Assembly (NCBI GenBank): GCA_943704425.1
Contig: CALSCP010002820.1
Location: 1-42,127 of the forward strand
DNA from: Ministeria vibrans ATCC 50519
Lineage: Eukaryota > Protista > Filasterea
Reading direction: 5' to 3'
Length of the DNA: 42,127 nt
The notes below the pieces were generated by a model, which did not search any database, was not told the DNA's origin, and saw nothing but the letters and a program-made list of their open reading frames with translations. This document shows positions 36,001 through 42,127 of this stretch, in pieces (within the stretch, counting starts at the first letter, position 1; each line of letters opens with the position of its first letter). Made by a program: the position numbers and the translations under genes.

Positions 36001-39000
36001 GAATCTGTCTATGATGACAATGGGAAACTCCTCGCCTCCGATGCACTTGCTCCCGAGAGGGATGCTGGCGCGGCCACCACTATTGCCACGACGACAACAG
36101 GCCACGACAGTTCCCTGTTTGAGCAAGCGGCGCGCGAGCTCCATCAGGCACAAGCGGTCTACAACATAGTGGCTGCCGCTCGCGACACGTCAATCCTTGT
36201 CCATGACACCCCCCACTCCGAGTCTGACTCTGATGAATTTGTCGACGCGCCAGAGTCTCAAGGTGACCTCTCACTTGTCGCGCCGACTGCTACATCTGCC
36301 GGCAGTCGCAGCAGCGACGACAACGCTGCGGCCACTGTTGCCGAAACACTCGCTTCCATTCGCATCATCACCATTCATGCTCAGGTCGCTCATGTGAACC
36401 TTGCCCTACTCGACGAACGGCGATCCTTTGCCATCGCCGCTTTTGATTCTCTCGCCTTTTCTCTTCTCGCCCGCAAGCACGATGTACATATTGCGGCGCA
36501 GTCTAAGGCCTTTGCTGTGCACCACCATCCGCTCTCGGGCACCCCAACGCGTCTTCTTGCGTCTTTTGACCGCCATACCGTGCCCTTTCTTCATGTTGAC
36601 CTGAACTCAGTCAAGCCTGCTAGTCCCAAATTTGCCGGGCGGGGTCTTGATGGTGCCTTTGCTCTGGGCCAGTGCTCGGCGACTCTTGACGCGCACACCA
36701 TTGGCTCTATTGTTGCCTTCTTCAATGCCCTTGCCGACGACTTAGATCAACTCCACGATGAAGTCGACCCGAGCGTTGCAGCCTCCTCCGCCACCGTTGC
36801 TGCTGTCACCATCACCGCTTCTTCCAGTCCACAACCCTCCTCGACCGCCCAGGGACGCCGTCCTGCAAAGCAAGCTCGATTCGCGTTCAAAGTTGAAACA
36901 TTGTCGCTGGCGCTTGTGGATGCTGGCGAGCCTGTAGCACGCATCGACGGGTGTCTTGTGGACGCACAAGTGTTGCTGCTGGAGTCGCAAATCGAGGTGC
37001 GTGGTTCGCTTGGCAGTGTCAAGCTGGAGAACACTATTCGTAGTGCGCATCATCGTGCGGTCCTGGGATGCGGTGAGGACCTTCATCAACCCGCTCTTCA
37101 GTTTGAGGTGGCGCTGTTCGACCAGCCAGAGCGCGTCATTGACGTTGGCGTGTGTCTCAAACTTGCCGAGGTTCGCTATCTTCATTTTGGGCCGTTTCTC
37201 AAGGTCGTCTTGCTCTACCTCGACAAACTTCTGGCATCCACCAAGTCGTCACGTTCGGCAGACACCAAGAATGTCCTCGCGCCTGCAACAGAAGCTGCGT
37301 CTCCAAAGGGCGACAAGAAATCACGCGTCTCTCTTGACATTGAGTTGCAAAGTCCTGTTGTGATGCTGCCCGCCTCAGCCTCGGCCAGTGGCGACAAGTA
37401 CCTTCAGTTGCGTCCCGGTTCACTGACCATCACCAATGAGTTTGTGGCCGCTGACGACACGCAGGGCGAGCTGGTTGAGCGACTCACTCTGAGTCTGGCG
37501 GACTGTGGTAGTGTCTGTCTCGGCGTGCCCTTGCTCGTCGACACACGTGCCACCATATCTATTGTGCGTTCGACCGTGTCTAGCGACGGAGACGACACAA
37601 CTGCCATGCAGCAGCATGACTTGGTTGAGTTGGACATTGTCATTGATGCGATTCAGTTGTCGCTTACTCAAGAACAGTACATCTTTTTGCATTCCGTGCT
37701 CGAGCGAAACGTCACCGCAGACGCACCTTCGTCGTGGCGCGCCCTCACCCACTCACTTCGACTCGACGCCGCGCTTTCTCCAAACCCACCCGTCTCAGCG
37801 TTCACCACCACCAACAACACCAACAGCGACGTCGCTTCGTCAGAGACCACTGGTCCCTCAGCCATGACCAAAAGCGTTGCATCTTCTTCTTCTTCTCTCA
37901 AGTTGGCCGTCAAATGCCAAGAGGCGACCGTTGATCTCTATGGTGACGCCCAAGGGACGATGCGTCTTGGGCGGCTTGAAGTTCACCATCTAGACTTTTG
38001 TCTTGCACAACTGCCACCGTCCACCATGGACAACAAGACGCTAGACATGTCGCTCACCGTGGGTACTTTTACTCTGCTTGATTTGCGTGGCGCTCGTCAG
38101 TGCGCTCTCGAATCTCGCGTTGTCCTCAACAATTCCTTGCCCGAGACTAAGCCATGTGACGAGACCACTGCGACAGCTTCACTACCGCAACTTTCGGTCG
38201 CCATTGTGACGTATGCGGACGAGCGTGTCATTAACATTCAGCTGCGCTACACCGAAATTCATCTGGTGTACGACTGGCTCGCCGACCTGGCCATTTTCTT
38301 TGACACGTCGACGGCGATTGCTGTTGCCTCGGACGCCGCCGCCGCCTCGACTTCTACGCGCGCCTCCATTGCATCTTCTCAGCGCAGCATCTCCCGGAGT
38401 GTTGGTGGGCACAGCAGCACCTCCAGTGACCTGTCCGGCTCGCTTGGAGCGTCTCTACGCGTCCACAGCGCCACCAGTACACCCGCAAGCGCAAATTTGC
38501 ATGCAGCGCAACCGTCGTCCAAGTCGACGCCTCTGCGACAGCGTATTTTGGTCAATGTGGACATGTGTCGAGTGTCGGCGCCCGGAAACCTTGCCGATGT
38601 CAATGCCGATACGCTTGTGATGGGCATCACAGGACTGTTGAAGCACGTCGACGGCGAGCCCACTGTCAGTGGCGCCACAAGCACCGAAACGACCGCCTCC
38701 ATCATGGGCCTCTCCGCCTACACCGTGCCCCAGGGTGTTTGTTTGGTGGGCGTCGCAGACGAAGATCGTCGTGTACTCGTGCGCCCATTCAACATCACCT
38801 TGCGACTTGCGGACACCAAACAGAGCGAGACCTTCTCCCAAAAGAATTGCACCCTCTCCGTCGACGAAGTGTACATTCAGTTGTCGCTACGTGATGTGAC
38901 GCTACTGCGCGACATTGCGCTGCACTTTCAATCGATCCCCAACAAAGTGCAGTTGCACCGCGACCGTCTGTTGGTTGCTGCACAGTCTAGCACCACCGGG

Positions 39001-41985
39001 CTCTACCGCCTGTCAACTGCCGAACCCGAGCGTTCCCACCACCGACACTCGTCCATTTTGGCCGTATCATCGCCCACACCTCCTGGGGGCGTCACGAGTG
39101 GCACGTCTGCGCCCCAGTCGCATCCTCTCGAAGCGGCTGCTCCAATTGTTGTCGTGGATGCCATTTTTAACCTGCCCACTCTCGAAGTAGTTCTGGTGGA
39201 CGACACGGCGGCCGTCGATGTGCTCCTGCTCAATGTGACCGTCGACCAAGGCGAGGTCAAGTTTCGCGACGCAAACGCCACTCAAGTTATCGAGGGTTTT
39301 GCTACGGTGCGCGCAAGCTACTACAACGGCCGTCTATCCGTGTGGGAGCCACTCGTTGAGCGGTATCCATTCAGTTTTGAGTGGCGTCGCGGTCCGGGCT
39401 TGTTTGCAGACGATCCTGAGCCGGCGGACGAGGACAACGCAGTGCTTGTCAACGAGAGTAGCCTAACCCTCTCCACCTCGTCGTCGTCTCCTTCCAATGC
39501 TACCGGCACCTCTGCCCCCATCACGACCTCAACCACGACTACAACGACTCGTGCACCTCGCACATCGAACGCGACCAAGGGAGCCGACCCCGCCGATGCA
39601 GTGATTCAGACGTACTTGTATGCGACTTCGTCGGAGCGACTCAATGCGGACGTGACCCTGTCGTTTCTCACCTCGGTACTGCCCGCTTTTTATCGTTGGC
39701 AATCGCTTCTTGATGACGCGGAGCAGCGCAAGGAGAGCATGGCGCACCAGCGCGTCTCCTTTCGTCCCTACGCCTTGTGCAACCTACTCTCCGTGCCAGT
39801 CGAGATGGCCACGACAATGGCACGCGCCAGTGCCGACGATCTGGACGCAATTTCATTTACGTCCGTGGACATCTTTGAGACGGCAAACTTTTCATTTGAG
39901 CAGATCTATCGACGTGGCGATCGGTCGATTCACACGTCCGCCTCGCGATTACTTCACCTAAAAATCGACGGCATTGGCGGCGTGATCAACGACATTGACG
40001 TGAAGCAAGTGGGCACGCATGTGTTTGCGTTGCGCTACAGTGGTGGTGGTACGTCGGCGAAGACAAGCCGATGCGCGGATGTGACCGTACCACTGGCACC
40101 CTTGTCCATTCTGGAGAATCGCGAGGTGGTGCGTGTCGTGGTGGCGGTGGAACTGATCAATTCACGCAAGGTGGTGACGATCCGATCGCCCGTGGTCGTC
40201 GTCAACAACCTGCCGGACGTGACCCTTGAAGTGTGCATGCTGCCGTCGGCCATGTCACGTGCCCTGGCTGCCCAAGCGGCAAGTAGTGTGACGGCAGATC
40301 CCAGTGATGTCTCGAGCCAAGACTCGTCTGACATTGCGCAACAGACCTCACCGCGTCACATCGCAGTGGGCGTGCGACACACGGTGCGAGAGTACCGACT
40401 TGGGCCCATTCGACCAGGACAACGGCTGAGTGTGCCGCTTGCACTGCAACGTTGGCGCATGGTTGTGCGACCTGTGGGCGACACATATGGCTTTTCGGAG
40501 AGCACCCTTGACTGGCGTGTGCTGCACGGCGAACAAGGACAAGCGGTTATTCCGCTGCGCTGCGAGCGTGCTGTGGACGGTGGGGCTATTGCGGCCGACG
40601 GACACGGAATGTACTGTGTGGGCAGTGGCGCAGCGTTTAACATGATGGTGGTTGCGCAGTGGACGGGCACGGGCATGCTGGCGCAGGACGCATCGCGAGC
40701 GCCCAGCCACACGTTCACCTTGAATGCTCCCTTGGTGTTTACCAACCGTCTGCCGCGCTCCCTCGAGTTTGGCATTGAAGGCTCTGACATGTCTGCGACC
40801 ATTTCCCCGGGCGACTCCACGTCGCTGTACCATGCGGACTTTGGCAAGAAGATTCGCGCGTCTTTTTGTTTGGGCAGCGAGTTTAGCTGGAGCGAACCCA
40901 TCACGGTGTACAATCCGGAGGCGCCAAGCGGATCATCGACTCTGGACAACACTTTTGAGGTGTCGGATCGTGACTCGAGCACCGATTCGCTCGTGGTGAG
41001 TGTTTCTCACGACACTGTGCCAGGCAGTGTACGCACGCACACCGTGACCTTTTACGTGCCCTACGTTCTGTACAACTGCACCAACTTGCCGCTGCTGGTG
41101 CGCGAGACGGGCGCCCGCGGGGTCAACGCAGCGGGTTGCTACAAAAATATCGCTGGGAGTGGTGCGAGTATTGGCGGTGGTGGACGTGGCAGTGTGAGCA
41201 GCAGTCGTATTGTGCAACAGCGAGACGGCTGGACCGGTGACCATCCGTTGCCCTTTAGCTTTCATCACAGCTCCAGTCGTCAGACCGTCTCAATCTCGAC
41301 CTACGACAGCAGTGAGTTTTCCAAGCCAGTGCCACTCGATGCGAATGGCCAGGTGTTCCTTGTCGAGTGCAAAGAAGACTCGCGCATTGTTCCCTTTGGC
41401 GTCCGCATCGAGAGTGGCACAGGCGATGACTTTCGCACTCGGAATGTCTTCATTGGGCCATGGTATGAATTTGGCAAAACACGAATGACAATAATAATAA
41501 TAATAACAAGGAATAATAATAGTAATACTAAATTAATATTAATTTTCTTTTCTTTTTTACTCACGTAGGGTTGTCATTGTCAACACGACCAACTTTGCCA
41601 TGCAGGTGGCAGCAACGTCGTCGTTGCGGAAACTGGGTGAGAACAGTGAACAGTCGTTGCGGGTGCCGCATGCGGTGTCATTGGCGGCGCAATCATCGAC
41701 GCCCTTCTACTGGCCTGTCGACGACGGAGAGCGACTGGTTGCGGTGCGTCAGTTGGGACGCCCACTGAACTCGCGACAGCGCCAGCGACACAACGATCGA
41801 TTGCCTCTGTGGCGATGGACCAGCGGCTTTCCTGCGGGTGCACTCGGTCTCGGTCGCTACGTGCTCAAGATGCGCGAGAGTCGCGCGCCCAGTGGGAATC
41901 CAGAAGACGATCGGGTCCACGAGGGCTCCTGTCTCATCAATGTGCAAGTGAAAATGCACAAACACAGTGTGCTCATTGTGTTGAG
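33077..41985 (+). CDS. VPS13: Second VPS13-family protein (VPS13D-like VAB region, no UBA), 3'-partial; exons 33077-33358, 33435-33665, 33826-41462, 41569-41985
   Basis: Chorein-N MFESLVCGLLESRIGSFV...LKIPWRSLGSQPV and KILRNLQFCIRSIHIRYED. SYYNGRLSVWEPLVE. VAB repeats RKVVTIRSPVVVVNNL, PLVFTNRLP and YVPYVLYNCTNLPL. The gene continues past a donor at 41986. Confidence 0.9.
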
Positions 41986-42020
41986 GTACATGAATCGATA
42001 AAACAAAACGACAACATCAT

Positions 42021-42127
<107 letters not shown>

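Overview
This is a gene-dense, intron-containing eukaryotic window with short GT-AG introns (mostly 40-100 nt) and very short intergenic spacers. The gene set suggests a holozoan, probably unicellular (inference). Left to right it contains: an SRF-type MADS-box gene (5'-partial); a carboxypeptidase D-like gene with four CP domains; a complete VPS13D (UBA and ricin-B domains); THOC6; and a PTB+TBC RabGAP of the TBC1D1/TBC1D4 type. A disordered zone of about 6 kb follows (27.0-32.9 kb). It holds a micro-exon gene, invisible to the ORF track, that runs into a decayed Crinkler-type restriction-endonuclease-like domain, then an 852-bp TA-flanked inverted-repeat element, a poly(A) junction and an orphan TFIIS-N-like exon. 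The zone ends with the 3' half of glutaminyl-tRNA synthetase joined in frame, across a 33-bp minisatellite intron, to the 5' part of ornithine aminotransferase. The last gene is a second, shorter, UBA-less VPS13 paralog that runs off the window edge. All family assignments come from recognising motifs by eye; no searches were run.
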